A stretch of DNA of 64,000 bases, taken from NCBI RefSeq assembly GCF_036321535.1, contig NC_087437.1, positions 84,508,001 through 84,572,000 on the forward strand, read 5' to 3'. Position 1 is the stretch's first letter, and every line of letters begins with the position of its first letter. A model generated the notes under the pieces. The model had not been told where the DNA came from. It did no database searches and was given only the letters and a program-made list of their open reading frames with translations. The translations under genes and the position numbers were made by a program. This stretch comes from Camelus dromedarius. Taxonomy: Eukaryota. Positions 37,590 to 49,990 of the stretch are shown here, in pieces.

Positions 37590-40500
37590 CTGTCTAAAAT
37601 AAATTGAACAAACCAATTTTGATATACTGTCATTAACTATATTTGATAACTTTAGTCAGTTTCCTTTAGCTTTTACCTAATACCTGTTTCTCTGTTTCAG
37701 AATCCCATTTAGGATACCACATTACAACTAGTTTTCACAAATTATTCGGAATTCTTCTGTATAAGAGATTTTCCTTTTTCATCTCATTTATTTATATGTA
37801 TGTATGTATGTATGTATATCACTCCAGTAGGGACTTGTGGATATTTTTTACTTTGGGTAGTAGCTCAATGCTGCTTTATTTTGTTGCTGAGATGTTCCAT
37901 TTTTTGCAACTGGGAGATGTTTCTTCTGGGTCCTGTATCTTTATCCTATCAATGTAGGTTTTGTTTATTTATTTTTTGATCTGACTAAACAAGAAGCTCC
38001 AGTCTAATTATATATATTTTCTGCTCATGTCCTAGAATCAGCCATTTCTGCTAGGAACCTGGTTTCTTTTCTTGAAGAATGATGTTTGAAACAAAGATAT
38101 TGGTACCAAGTGTACTCTTTGCTACTGGGGTGACTACTTCTAGGCCCACTCAGCTGAATAGAATAAGAACAAAGAAATGTATGTGTGTATACTAACATGG
38201 GTATATACACATACCTAGAAATACTTATTTTTATACCCATCTGCATCTATATTAAGCTGAACAGGAGTTCATGCTGATGGCTACAACCAAAGTCCATTAC
38301 TATATGGATCATTCCAGTCTCTTTTTACTCATCTATAAACTGCCATTTCAACAGTGAGAACCTATCTTCCTCCATCTACCATACATTTGACTATTCTTTC
38401 AGTTCCAGTATACATGTATAGCAGTGTAAGAACTGCACCCCTGTGGGAAAAAACTTTGTCAGCTAGAGTCAAATGCTTATTTAAAGTTCCTTTTCTTTAA
38501 GTCTTAGACTCTCTACTTATTTCCAGAGTTACTTACGTCAGCACATCCCCCCCGGTCTACCCCCCATCCCTACAGTGAGGTTGTTTCATACATAGCAGTA
38601 TTCAGATTGTTCTCTCACGTTCTGCATTCCGTTCTGGATCCTTGGACTTCCTAAATAATTGTACACATTTAGCTTCATTCTTTGTGCTGTAAAGTTCTAT
38701 GGGTTTTGACAAGTGCATAATGTCATGCATTCACCACTGCAGTATCCCAGATCCCCTGCATTTCACCTATTTAACTCTCCCCCATTCCCACTCCCAAGTT
38801 CCTGGCAAACACTGATTATTAAAAACTATAGTTTTGCCTTTTGCAGAAATTAACATAATTGGAATCATATAGTATGTTGTTTATTCTGGCTGACTCTTTC
38901 CAGTTAGCAATGTGCATTTAAGATTCATTCATGTTTCTCATGGGTTGATAGCTCATTTCTTTTTTATTACTGAATAAAATTCAATTATATGGATGTATAA
39001 TAATTTATTTATCCATTCACCTATTTAAAGACAACTTGATTGTCCTTAGGCAGTTATGAATAATATTGTTGAAAACATTCCTATTTAGATTTGTTGTGGT
39101 CATAAGTTTTCAATTCAATTGATTAAATAGCTAGAAAGATTATTGCTGGATCGTTGAGTAATACTATGTTTAGATTTGTAAGAAAACTGAGAAAATGTCT
39201 TCCAAATTGGCTGTACCATTCTGAATTTTTATCAGTGATGAATGAGAGTCCTGTGGTTCCACATCCTCATAAACATTTGGTGGTGTCAGGTTTTTTTTTT
39301 TTTTTTTCATTATTTGTTGGATTTTAGCCATTTAATAGGTGCGTAGTAGTATCAAATTGTTTTAATTTGCTATTCCATATTGCTGAATAATGTTAAAAGT
39401 GTTTTCATATACTTATTTGCCATGAAGTATATAGTTTTTTGAAGCATCTGTTCAGATATTTTGCCCATTCAAAAATTGAATTGTTTTCTTACTGTTACGT
39501 TTCAAGAGTTCTTTTCATATTTTGAATACAAGTGATTTATGGGAGACATGTTCTACAAGTATTTTCTCCCAGTTACTGACTTGTCTTTTTATTCTCTTAA
39601 CACTGTCTTGGCAGAGCAGAAGTTTTTACCTTTAATAAACTCCCAACTTACCATTTTCTAAAAATTTGGCTTTTGATATTGCATCTAAAAACTCATTGCC
39701 AAAACCAAAGTCATTTATTTTTCTCCAATGTTATAGAATAATATATTTTGCATTTTGCATTTAGGTCTTTGATCCATTTTGGGTTAATTTTTGTAAAAGG
39801 TGCATAAGTCTGTGTTTAGATTCCTTTTTTCTCTTCCTTCCTTCTCTCTCTTTTTTGCTTTCTTTTCATTCTAGGTTCTACTTCTGGGTTCTCTATTTTG
39901 TTCCATTGATCTGTGGCTTCCTTTCACCAATACACTATGTTGTGTTGATTATATTGAAGTCATATAGAATCAGTCATCTGACTTTTTTTTTTTTTTAATA
40001 ATTGTGTTGTGTATTCTAGGTCTTTTCCCTTTGCATATAAATTTTAGAATTAGTATTTCAATATTTATAAAATGCTGTTATTGGATTTTGATTAATAGTG
40101 CATTAATCTATTGATCAAATTGTCAAGAATGATAATCTTAACAGTATCATGTTCCAATCCATATTCATGGCATTTCTCCACATTTATTTAGCTCTTCTTT
40201 GAATTTTTTAATCAAAGTCTTACAATTCTTTACATATAGATCCTGTACTTATTTTGTTCATTTCTGTAAGAATTTCATTTTGCAGGCAGTTGTTGTAAAT
40301 CGTATTTTTTTTAATTTCAAAATCCAGTTTTTATTGTTGACATATAGGTACACAATTAACATGTGTACATTACCCTTGTGTAATGCAACCTTGCTATAAT
40401 CACTTACTAATTCTAATAGTTTTGTCATTGATTCTTTGGGGTTTTCTATGCAGGTAATGTAGTCTCAGAACAAAAATAGTTATTACCTCCTTCCAAATTT

Positions 40501-43500
40501 GTATACTTTTATATCCTTTTCTTGTTGTATCATGGTAGCTAGGACTTCTCATATGATGGTGAATAAGAGTGATGAGAAAGGAAATCCTTGTCTTGACCAT
40601 ATCTTAAGGGGAAATTGTCCAGTTACTCACTATTAAATATGAAGTTAGCCTTAGATTTATTATACTTTTTTTTTTTAAATAAAGTTCTTGAGTTCCCCTC
40701 TATTCTTAGTTTTCTGAGTTTAATCATGAATGGTCATTATATAACCTCCACTAATTTTCCTGCATCAAGGGATATAACCATATGATTTTTCTTCTTTAGT
40801 GTGTTGATGTGGGAAATTATATTAGTTGACTTTTGAACGTTGAACCAACCTTTCGTATATTGAATAAATTTTACTTTTTGTGGCATATAATTCTTTTTAT
40901 ACATTGTTGGAGGTGATTTATTAATTAATATATTGTTGCGGAGTTTCACATCTGTGTTCACATGGAATATGGGGCTTTAGTTTTCCTTCCTTGCAGTGTC
41001 TTTATCTGATTTGGTATTAGGGTAATGCTGCCCTCATAGAATGAGTTGGAAATGTTCCCTCTGCTTCCATTTTCAGGAAGAGGTTGTGGAGAACTGGTAT
41101 CATTCCTTTCTTAAATATTTGGTAGAGTTCATCAATGAAACAATCTGAGCCTGGAGCTTACTTTTTTAGAAGGTCATTCATATCAATTCCATTTCTTCAG
41201 TAAATTTAGACCTATACAATTATAGTGTGGTCTGAAAATCCATTCTAATTCATTTTTTTCCACTTTGCTAATTTCTGTTTCTCTCTTTTTCATGCGTACA
41301 CAAGAAACAAATGCATATATGCCTTTATGTATGGACAAACAAATAAACAAAAACTATCGTATTTCCTGTACACCCAGAAAAGGCCCTAGATAGCTAAGCA
41401 TCTGCCCTGTGTAACTCATATATGTTCATCCCATTTGAAACATACGTCAACCTATTGCACTCAAAGCTGTAGGCCAAAGTTTTCTAAACCTAGTATTTTA
41501 ATGGCATTTCTCCTTTTGCTTTAGTTTCCTTGTGGTTGTCCTTACTTTGTAAATGTTGATGATTATATTTGCAACTCCAGAATTCCCTTTAAATTCTCTC
41601 TCTCTATTTCTTATTACTTTATTGACATTCTCTGCTTGATTAGACCTTGTCATCATACTTTTCTTTAATTCATTAAACATAGTTTCTTTTACTTCTCTGA
41701 ACATATTTATAATAGATGTTTTGAAGTCTTTCTCTGTTAAGTCCAATATTTCAATTCCTTTAAAAGCAGTTTCTATTGTTTGCTTATTTTTCTATGAATG
41801 GATCATAATTTCTTTTTTTCTGTATATCTCATGAGTTTTTTTTTTTCAACCAGACATTTTAGATAATATATTGTAGCAATATATACTCACAACATCTCCT
41901 CCCAAACTGGGGCTTGTTATTGTTGTTGTTTGTTGTTTATTTTTTTAAAATTATTTGGCTGAACTACTTGAATAAAGTTAATTTTCATCACATAGTGCAG
42001 CCTCTGACATCATGCCTTAGAATGTACAGCATTAGGCATGTGCATAGTTTTCTTTACTTTCAGGATCAGTATGGTTTTGGCCAGGCTATCTTGACTTTCT
42101 TTTTCCCTGATCTTTCCATTAATTTTCTGGCTGATCTGCCTCCTAGCTGTTAGCATCTACTGATAGATATCTAACTGATCTATGTTTTCCCTGGGCATTA
42201 GTTGCTCCTGACGGTCCTGATCACACAATTCCAATATGTGTGTGTGTGTTTGCAGGTAGGAGGTAGGGGTTCCCACTCATCCATTAAGCAATGTTCTGAC
42301 ACCAGCTAGGTGTCCTACACTTCATTCAACTAAATTTTGACATTATTTACCAAGAGATAGATAGATCAGATCTCACAGGTTGAGTGCAGTCCTGCAATAA
42401 TGTCTGCCTCTAGCCCCAAAACATACTTGGACCCCAGGTTGTCACCTCTGCTTCTGACCTACCTGCTATAGATTGAAGGTTCCAACTACTCTTTCCTCAG
42501 GTTCAATTAATTTGTTATAGTGGCTCACAGAACTCAGAGAAACTTTTTACTTACTAGATAACTGGTTTATTATAAAAGAAAGTAACTCAGGAATAGCCAG
42601 ATGGAAGACATGCATAGGACAAGGAATGGGGAAAAGGCTTCCACACTCTTTCTGTGTGCATCACTCTCCTCCAGTCTCCACTTTCAGCAACGAAGAAGCT
42701 CTCCAAACCCTATCCTTTTGGGTTTTTTAGAGGCCTCATTACAAGTGCATGATTGATGGTCAGTGGTGATTGAACTCAATTTCCAACCTCTCTTCCCTCC
42801 TCCCAGAATCAGGAGGGTGGTATTGAAATTCCAAGCCTCCAAATACATGTTTGACTCCACTGGCAACCAGCACCTATTCCAATAGTCACCTCATTAACAT
42901 AACAAGAGATAGTTTTATCACTTTCATTACTTAGGAAATTACAAAGGTTTTAGGAGCTCTGTGCCAAAAAAGGGGACAAAAATCAAATTTATTTATATGT
43001 TATAATAAATAAAAATATCACATTCCATAACCTGATCTAATTAAGTTAGACCTCTTTTCGAAGACAGAGTGCTGCCAGTTTCAGGTTTTCTCGGGCTTCA
43101 AGAAGGTTCTTTTTAGCTGCCTTTTACAGCAAAAAGCCTTCTAGCTGATCTATCACTTCTCTTATTGCTATTAATACGTTGGCACTACCAATCTTCACCT
43201 AATTTCTTACCTCTGTGATTTACATTGTTTTTCAACAATACCCTTAGAGCATGAATTTCACCAAGCTCTGAATTAGTTTAGAACTCTTAGAGTTGTGGAA
43301 CTCTGTTTTCTTAAATTTTCCTTTTCTACTGGCAGAATCTTTGTGTTGATTCCTTCAGTTGATAACCATAATCTTCATGTGAGGTGTGGACCTTAGCCCC
43401 TGGTCTCTGCTTGTCCCTTTTGGAAAGGAATCTCTGTTCTACAGGGGGCTGAAGTGGGGTTGACTGGAGCCCAGTACTCATTCTGTTGTTGTTAGGGTAA

Positions 43501-43932
43501 AGCTTATGTTCTATGAATGGACACTCGGTGGAGGAAAGAACCCCAGTCCGTTTGGTCACATATGATTGTAACAGAGATTCTACAATACAGAGATGGGAAG
43601 AATGTCAGAAATGTTGGCATCTTTCCTCTCCATAACACGTTCTTGAGAGCTTGGAAATACTGTCTTCTTGGCTTCACCTGGACTAAAGCTTTTATCATAT
43701 TAGGCTGCAAAGATGTGTGTGTCATGGCGGGGGGTAGTATATAGGAGTATATTGTATAGCTCAAATACCACTGACTATCATTATCCTGAGATTTATTTGA
43801 GTTTCTTGATTAAATATTTTTCATGTGCTGTATTTCCTTTAAAATTTTTGTCATTTATAATTTTCAGCAGTTGAATGAATATTTCTCTCAGAAGATGGGC
43901 TGTCAAGCTCCTCCCATCACCATTCTGGAAGT
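37590..43932 (-). mobile_element. Near full-span ancient L1 (L1MD/L1MC-like): long 3' UTR, ORF2, ORF1 remnant, 5' UTR; interrupted by MER21
   Basis: 3' UTR ~37590-39000. ORF2 remnant ~39000-41230 (ORF 40737-40961 'MNTDVKL..KGWFNVQKSTNIISHINTLKKKNHMVISLDAGK'). ORF1 remnant 41498-41746 ('KDFKTSIINMFREVKE'). 5' terminus-like 'ccattctggaagt' at ~43920-43932. Confidence 0.8.
42233..43022 (-). mobile_element. MER21-family solo LTR
   Basis: 'gacaccagctaggtgtccta...agatctcacaggttgag', 'tggctcacagaactcagagaaac', end 'aatatcaca'. Possible TSD ttcc at 42229-32 and 43023-26. Confidence 0.9.
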
Positions 43933-43939
43933 TTCCAGC

Positions 43940-44900
43940 CCTTAGGATTTTTTTCTGGACACAAACATAGAAGTCATCTGTGAATAAAGGTAGAATTACC
44001 TTTTTTATTTCTAATTCTATATGCCTTATATTTCTTTTTTTCTTGCTTAATTACACTGGATGGGGTCTGAAAACAATGTTGAATAGACTTCATAAAAGGT
44101 CACACTATTTCTTCAGTTCTGACCTTAGGGAAAAGGCATTCATTCAGTATTTCACAATCAAGTACATTGTTACTGGTAGGTTTTTGTATTTGTGTTTTAT
44201 GAAGTTGAGTAATTTCCTTCTTTCCCTAGTATTCTGACAGATTTTAACTTCTTGAAATGTATTAGCCTTTTTATTTTTTAATTTTTTTAACATTTTTTAT
44301 TGATTTATAATCATTTTACAATGTTGTGTCAAATTCCATTGTAGAGCACAATTTTTCAGTTATACATGAACATATATATATTCATTGTCACATTTTTTCT
44401 CTGTGAGCTACCATAAGATCTTGTATATATTTCCCTGTGCTTTACAGTATAATCTTGTTTATCTGTTCTACAATTTTAAAATCCTGTCTATCCCTTCCCA
44501 CCCTCCACCCCCTTGGCAACCACAAGTTTGTGTTCTATGTCTATGAGTCTACTTCTGTTTTGTATTTATGCTTTGTTTTTTTTTGTTTTTGTTTTTTAGA
44601 TTCCACATATGAGTGATCTCATATGGTATTTTTCTTTCTCTTTCTGGCTTACTTCACTTAGAATGACATTCTCTAGGAGCATCCATGTTGCTGCAAATGG
44701 CGTTATGTTGTCGGTTTTTATAGCTGAATAGTATTCCATTGTATAAATATACCACATCTTCTTTATCCAGTCATCCGTTGATGGGCATTTAGGCTGTTTC
44801 CATGTCTTTTTATATGTTGGATTTTATACAGAATCTTTCATTAACATTTTTGCAACTGTGGTCATGAGTGATTTGAACTGCAAATTTCTTTCTTCCTTGG
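43940..44900 (-). mobile_element. Ancient L1 ORF2 fragment hosting a young L1
   Basis: 'aaaacaatgttgaataga', 'ttctgaccttagggaaaaggcattca'. Confidence 0.7.
44267..44808 (-). mobile_element. Young camelid-type L1 3' end
   Basis: T-tail, 'ttttattgatttataatcattttacaatgttgtgtcaaattcca', retained CpGs ('ggcgttatgttgtcggtt'), truncated at 'ttccatgtct'. Confidence 0.92.
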
Positions 44901-44993
44901 GAAATTTTGTTGGTTATGTTGCCACTTCCAGTTATGTATTTCCATATTTTTAGCCTTAGATATCAATTTACTCTGATACAGTCAACTTTCATA

Positions 44994-45350
44994 TGAGTCA
45001 GTGTAGGTTAATATATTGTTTACAACATTAAGCCAAATCTTAGTGGATTAGAATAATAAAAGTTTTACATTCATGCAGAGTTAATTGCATGAATTCTCCT
45101 GGGTTGTCTTCACCCAATAGTGGCTAAATAATCCTGGCTCTTTCCACCTAATGACTCCTCAAAGCCTTCACTGGATCCTGTGCATCTATATAGGTGATAG
45201 GAAATAAATAAAGTAAAAGGAGAAAATCATTGGAATCTGTAGAAGCATACATCAATTTCTTCCCACTTTCTATTAGTATAACTAGACATTTATCCAAAAT
45301 ATCTCAAGTTAAACATTTTTTTAACAAGGAATGAAAGTTAATTGGCAGAG
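44994..45350 (-). mobile_element. MLT1 LTR (old subfamily)
   Basis: 'tgagtcagtgtaggtta...ccaaatcttagtggattagaataataaaagtttta'. Confidence 0.6.
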
Positions 45351-46556
45351 AAATATGATATTAAATGGGACTTTATATCACTCCTATTATAGTATTAAAT
45401 GGATCTCAAATGTAGTCCAGATTTATTCTGGGTCAGTTTAATGAAATGAAAAGTGTACCAAGAAAATAATTTAGGAAGATGAAAGAATTAAACAGTGATT
45501 TGTGTAGATTATCTATATGCCCTAAAGCAGAGATAGCCATATTTAAAGTAATTACCTGGATAAGTATTTCCACAAAAGGTAGACCTCTTTTGACCACAAA
45601 TAATAACATTATTCCTAATACATAAATGAGGATTATGAATTTCTTTAAAACATAGTATGTTGTGTTAAGTTGAGTAAGGCTTTATGAAGAAAGATCAAAG
45701 CAACAGTTCCAATTTCTAAAGACCTAAACATCTTCCAGGGTCATATAAATCTGCTAACAGCAGATTTGTAAAACAAAATACAGTGGAATAGAAATTATGA
45801 AGAATGTTCAAAAACACTATCATTTTGGCACTCTACAGAATGAAATACACTTTAATAAAAACCACATTAAAATTACTAGAATATCAAAATACAGTAACCT
45901 TCCCTCAAAAAAGAAAACTCCACAGGTAAAGATTTTATACTGAGAAATAATATCTTAACATATTAGAACTTATTTCAGTTACTTAGGATCTATGAACTTT
46001 ATTATATTATAATATTCCAACTAAGGTTGTAATTTTACTTTGCATGGATCAGAATTATTCCTCATTAGTTAACTACATTGTTCAAGCACACATTATGCAT
46101 GATTTCAAAATTATACTAAATAATAAATAGATAAATGTAAGACCTTAGTAAATTTACACTTAAAGATGGAAATGAGTATTAAAGTGGAATGAAACATCTC
46201 ACATTTTCAATGTAATATTAAAACTGTCTATTTTTGGTTGAATATTTACAATGTAAAATTAAATTCCTGTTACCTCAGTCATATTAATATACAATGTAAT
46301 AAATGACAAAGAAGCACAAAAGAAAATGGTCTAATAGAGAGGCTTGCATTATAATGGTAAGAAGCAAAACAATATAGCAATCTGTCAGTCTGCTCCCAAT
46401 ACTTTTCAGCAATGTAATATATACCTAACCTAAATGTGCCTTAGGAGTAGTTAATATTTGTGCTTTTAAATTGCCTACTAGGGTATAGTAAGCACTGCAT
46501 TTGTATGTCTTAAATTAAAAAAAAAAATAGGGATGGGAGGAAGAGTGTAAGAGAGA

Positions 46557-46840
46557 GATGGAGTCAGGTTTGGAGTCAGGTTTACTGCTCATTTATATCA
46601 CAGTCCAAGGTGAGCAGCAAGTGGAAGGGATGTCCTTTCTCATAGATGCACTCCAGGCTTCTAACTTGGGGGTTTACCATCCCCTAGGATTTTAGAGTCT
46701 CAGATGAATCCTCTGAATCAGGTTGGCAGTCATGATAAGAAAGAGAGAAAGGAAGAGGAAACAAAAGAAACTTAAAAGCCAGGCCAGAAGTGGTATTGAT
46801 TATTTCCACTCACATTCCACAGACCAGACTCTTTTGGTTG
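46557..46840 (-). mobile_element. MLT1 LTR fragment
   Basis: 'ccaggccagaagtggtattgattatttccactcacattcca'. Confidence 0.6.
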
Positions 46841-46963
46841 AAATTTAAACAGTAAGAATCAAAACATTTCAGCCAAAAATTTATTGAAAAAATTCAAAAC
46901 AGAAGACAATTGTATCACAATTTTGAAACCTGAATCAAATATCCTTAAGCAAGCATTTGCACT

Positions 46964-47043
<80 letters not shown>

Positions 47044-47076
47044 GAAAGAAAGAAAGAGAGAAAGAAAGAAAGAAAA
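46964..47076 (+). repeat. (GAAA)n tetranucleotide microsatellite
   Basis: Over 110 bp of GAAA/GAGA units. Accounts for the low-complexity ORFs 46859-47080 and 46884-47174. Confidence 0.98.
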
Positions 47077-47099
47077 GCAAACAAACAAAGCAAAAACAA

Positions 47100-47915
47100 C
47101 CTCATGTAAGAAACTCACCAGAGGACTGGATAAAAAGCAGGAAGATACAAAATGAATTGACCAAAATTAGCTGAAATTAATAGATGAAATACAAAATCAT
47201 TTAAAATGAAATAATAAATTTCAATGTGATCAAGTTAGATTTGAGCAAAAATCTAATTAGAAGAGTTGAGGAAATGAATATAGTCAATAGAGTGGAAACA
47301 GAAAATAATAATTTGAGAGGGAAAATGGATCAGACAGAACATTATAGATATTTTGATAACATGAGAAGATTTGACATAGTATCTTGGAGTCTGTGATGCA
47401 TTAAAATAAAAGAATGGGGAAAAAAAGCTAATTTTTAAGGTAGAGTATAAGAAAATTTTTTAAAACAGAAGAAGATCTGAATCTACAAGTTTTAAATAGT
47501 CCCTCTTTAAATTTCCCCCAGGAAATTTGACCTGAGATGGTCTATTTCAAGATATATAAGTAAAACTTTTGGGACTTAGGTGAAGGTAAAGGTTTATTTT
47601 ATGGGTGTCAAGGAGAAAAGTTGTATTAATTTACATAGAAGAGAAAATCAGGTTGGTATCAGTATTTTTGCAGCAGTACACAAGTCTGGACAAAAATGGA
47701 GATGCCTTTTCAAGGAACTCAAGAAAACAAAATGTAAGTCAAAAATTTATAACCATCCAAGATGGCCTCCTTTAACAAGTCTCCAGAAGGTCAGTTTTTT
47801 CGTAGGCAAGGACACAAAAATAACAGTACTCTTTTATCCTTTCAGAGAAAACTTGCAGAACATGAACTTTATTCAATTGAGAAATAATTGGAAAAGGACA
47901 GTTAAAGAATAGCTA
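47100..47915 (+). mobile_element. HAL1 / L1 ORF1-like fragment
   Basis: 'atcaggttggtatcagtatttt...aaatggagatgccttttcaaggaactcaag...aaaatttataaccatccaag' resembles the ORF1 C-terminal domain. Confidence 0.65.
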
Positions 47916-47929
47916 TAGTAGAATCCTCA

Positions 47930-48343
47930 GTTTTTATCTTGGTACTTGGCCACATAGTAAAGTTTGCATTTCTCAGTTTTCCTTCTGCATAGTTATGGTC
48001 CTGTTCAAGACAATGGGATATAAACAGAAATAGTGTGTGGCAGCTCTACAATGTATCTTTAAAGTGATTGGTCATGCCATTGTCTCCTTTATTTCTTCTT
48101 CTGTTTGTCTGGAGCACTGATGTAATAGCTAGAACTGAAAGAGCTTTGTTGGACTAGGTGGGCAAAGAGGCCATGCATCATAGAGAACCAAGTTAGAAGG
48201 AGCTAGGTACCTGACAGTACAGAATCTTACATGTAGACCTCAGAGTGCCTACATGATATGAGAGATAATACATTTCTAACTTTTTAAAAGATGTTTAGTT
48301 GGGGTTTCTAAGACTAGAAATAAAATCTAATTCTAATTAATAC
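47930..48343 (+). mobile_element. MLT1 LTR
   Basis: 'aaacagaaatagtgtgtggcagctct', 'aagttagaaggagctaggtacctgaca', end 'ctaattaataca'. Confidence 0.7.
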
Positions 48344-48458
48344 AGAGACAGTCCATACAATCCTTGCAGGTCATTTATATCATGTCCAGTATTATCCTAA
48401 GCATAAGCAGAAACAAGCATGGTTTTGATGGTAGAATTACTGGGAGGATGGGAATAAA

Positions 48459-49238
48459 ATTTACCACAGTTCTCAGTCACCCAAAAAAAATGAATTTCTA
48501 ATGGGAGATTGAGAGTGTGATACAAACAGAAGATTTTATTAGTGAAGTAAAAAAGTAGTAAAATATAGTATACCCCCAAGAACTGGGGACAGGCCAATCC
48601 AAGGGAGGAAAGATAGCACCACTCCTTTGTTTTTCCTGTTCTTATATCCTGGCTTTGAGGGCATTTTCGTGATTGATTGATTGATTCCTGGCTCAGGTTC
48701 CTTGTGCTCAGACATGCCCATCTCTTTTACTCCTGTTCTTCCCATGATGCACATGGAGAAAACTACTGGAGGGGGCACAAACTGTAATGTTCACTGCATT
48801 ATAATGAGCATTGGGTCAATTTAAGCCTGGTCCTTCTCTCTACTGTGTAGCAACAGTGTTTGATTCTAGCCAGCTTCTTTGCTGGCCCTCATTTAGAGAA
48901 AATACAAGATTTTGGAGCCCCTTATCCCAAGCACAGGTATACTTTTATTTTCAAGGTTGCTCCCTCCCCCTTCCTCTCCCCTTGCCTGGTGGGTGCTCAT
49001 TTTTTTATAACTGCCTAATAGAAGAAGGAGCCATTTACTGATCAGGGAACCACCGGTCAGTTAACAGTGGAAGTGGATAAGAAAAATTTAGTTGAATTTT
49101 CAAGGTTACTTTGGGTAAACCTGAGGGCCCTACCTGTTGAGAATTTTTGCCAAACTAAAAGGGCCATAGGTTTGCCTAGGTAGCTGCAACTGACACCTGG
49201 GCAAAGAGTGTGGTCAGAAAGGCAGTATTTTACTATCA
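48459..49238 (-). mobile_element. ERV1-class solo LTR
   Basis: GC-richer block. Antisense AATAAA (ttttatt ~48534) and TATA (ttatat ~48642). 'cattataatgagca' motif. Ends ...actatca. Confidence 0.75.
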
Positions 49239-49907
49239 AGTAATTTTAGTAGTAATGTCTTTTTTATTGAAAATGTTAACCTTCCATTTAAAAAATAAAT
49301 CTCATGGGGTGCTATATTTACATATATGGTTGCAATAAAAAAATAAGAAACAGGAGGATTCTGTCAGCTTTAATTTTTGCAAATCTTTTTAAGATAAACG
49401 TAGGATGATGAAAATGAAATGCCAGCGTAATGTTTCAGGAAATGAGTTTTAGCAATTCAAGTATAAAATAGTTATTTTTTTTAAATAGCAAACTTCATAC
49501 TAATGGTAACCAAATTTTTGTTCATTGTGTTTTGAATTAATTCAATTCGTTCTCTGTAATTTTTGAGTTCTCTTGCTTGTAATATTTGTTTTGTTGTCTC
49601 CTGTGATGTTTCCCCAACTTTACTATTAAAATAAACTAGACTAGCAATAAAAACTCCAGTGAAAGAACACACTGAGTTTAGGTGACTTGATAATTTTTTC
49701 TAATCCTAAGACTGGCATCAGTCTAATTTCAGCCAAATCAAGGTTCTAACTAAAGGCAGCCAGGGAAGGCAATTCTTTTTTTCCCTGAGATCTTGGTTTG
49801 GAAAAGCATGCATGACAAAGTTCTAGAATAGAGACCTTAAACATAATCTTGTATGCTGTGGGACAGACAGATGCATGTTGGAGTGTTCCTAAATAGAGAA
49901 TAGATCT

Positions 49908-49990
49908 GCTTTGCTTTGCTTTACTTTGCTTGCTTGCTTGCATCCTTCCTTCCTTCCTTTCTTTTTCTTTCTTTCTCTCTCTCTCTTTTT
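49908..49990 (+). repeat. Compound (GCTTT)(TTGC)(TTCC)(TC) simple repeat
   Basis: Direct inspection. Confidence 0.9.

Noticed and set aside
40400..41746. ORFs with RT-like and ORF1-like peptides as possible genes
   Set aside because: Frameshifted remnants of an old L1, not intact CDS.
46859..47174. KKER-repeat and FFLS-repeat ORFs
   Set aside because: Translations of the (GAAA)n microsatellite.
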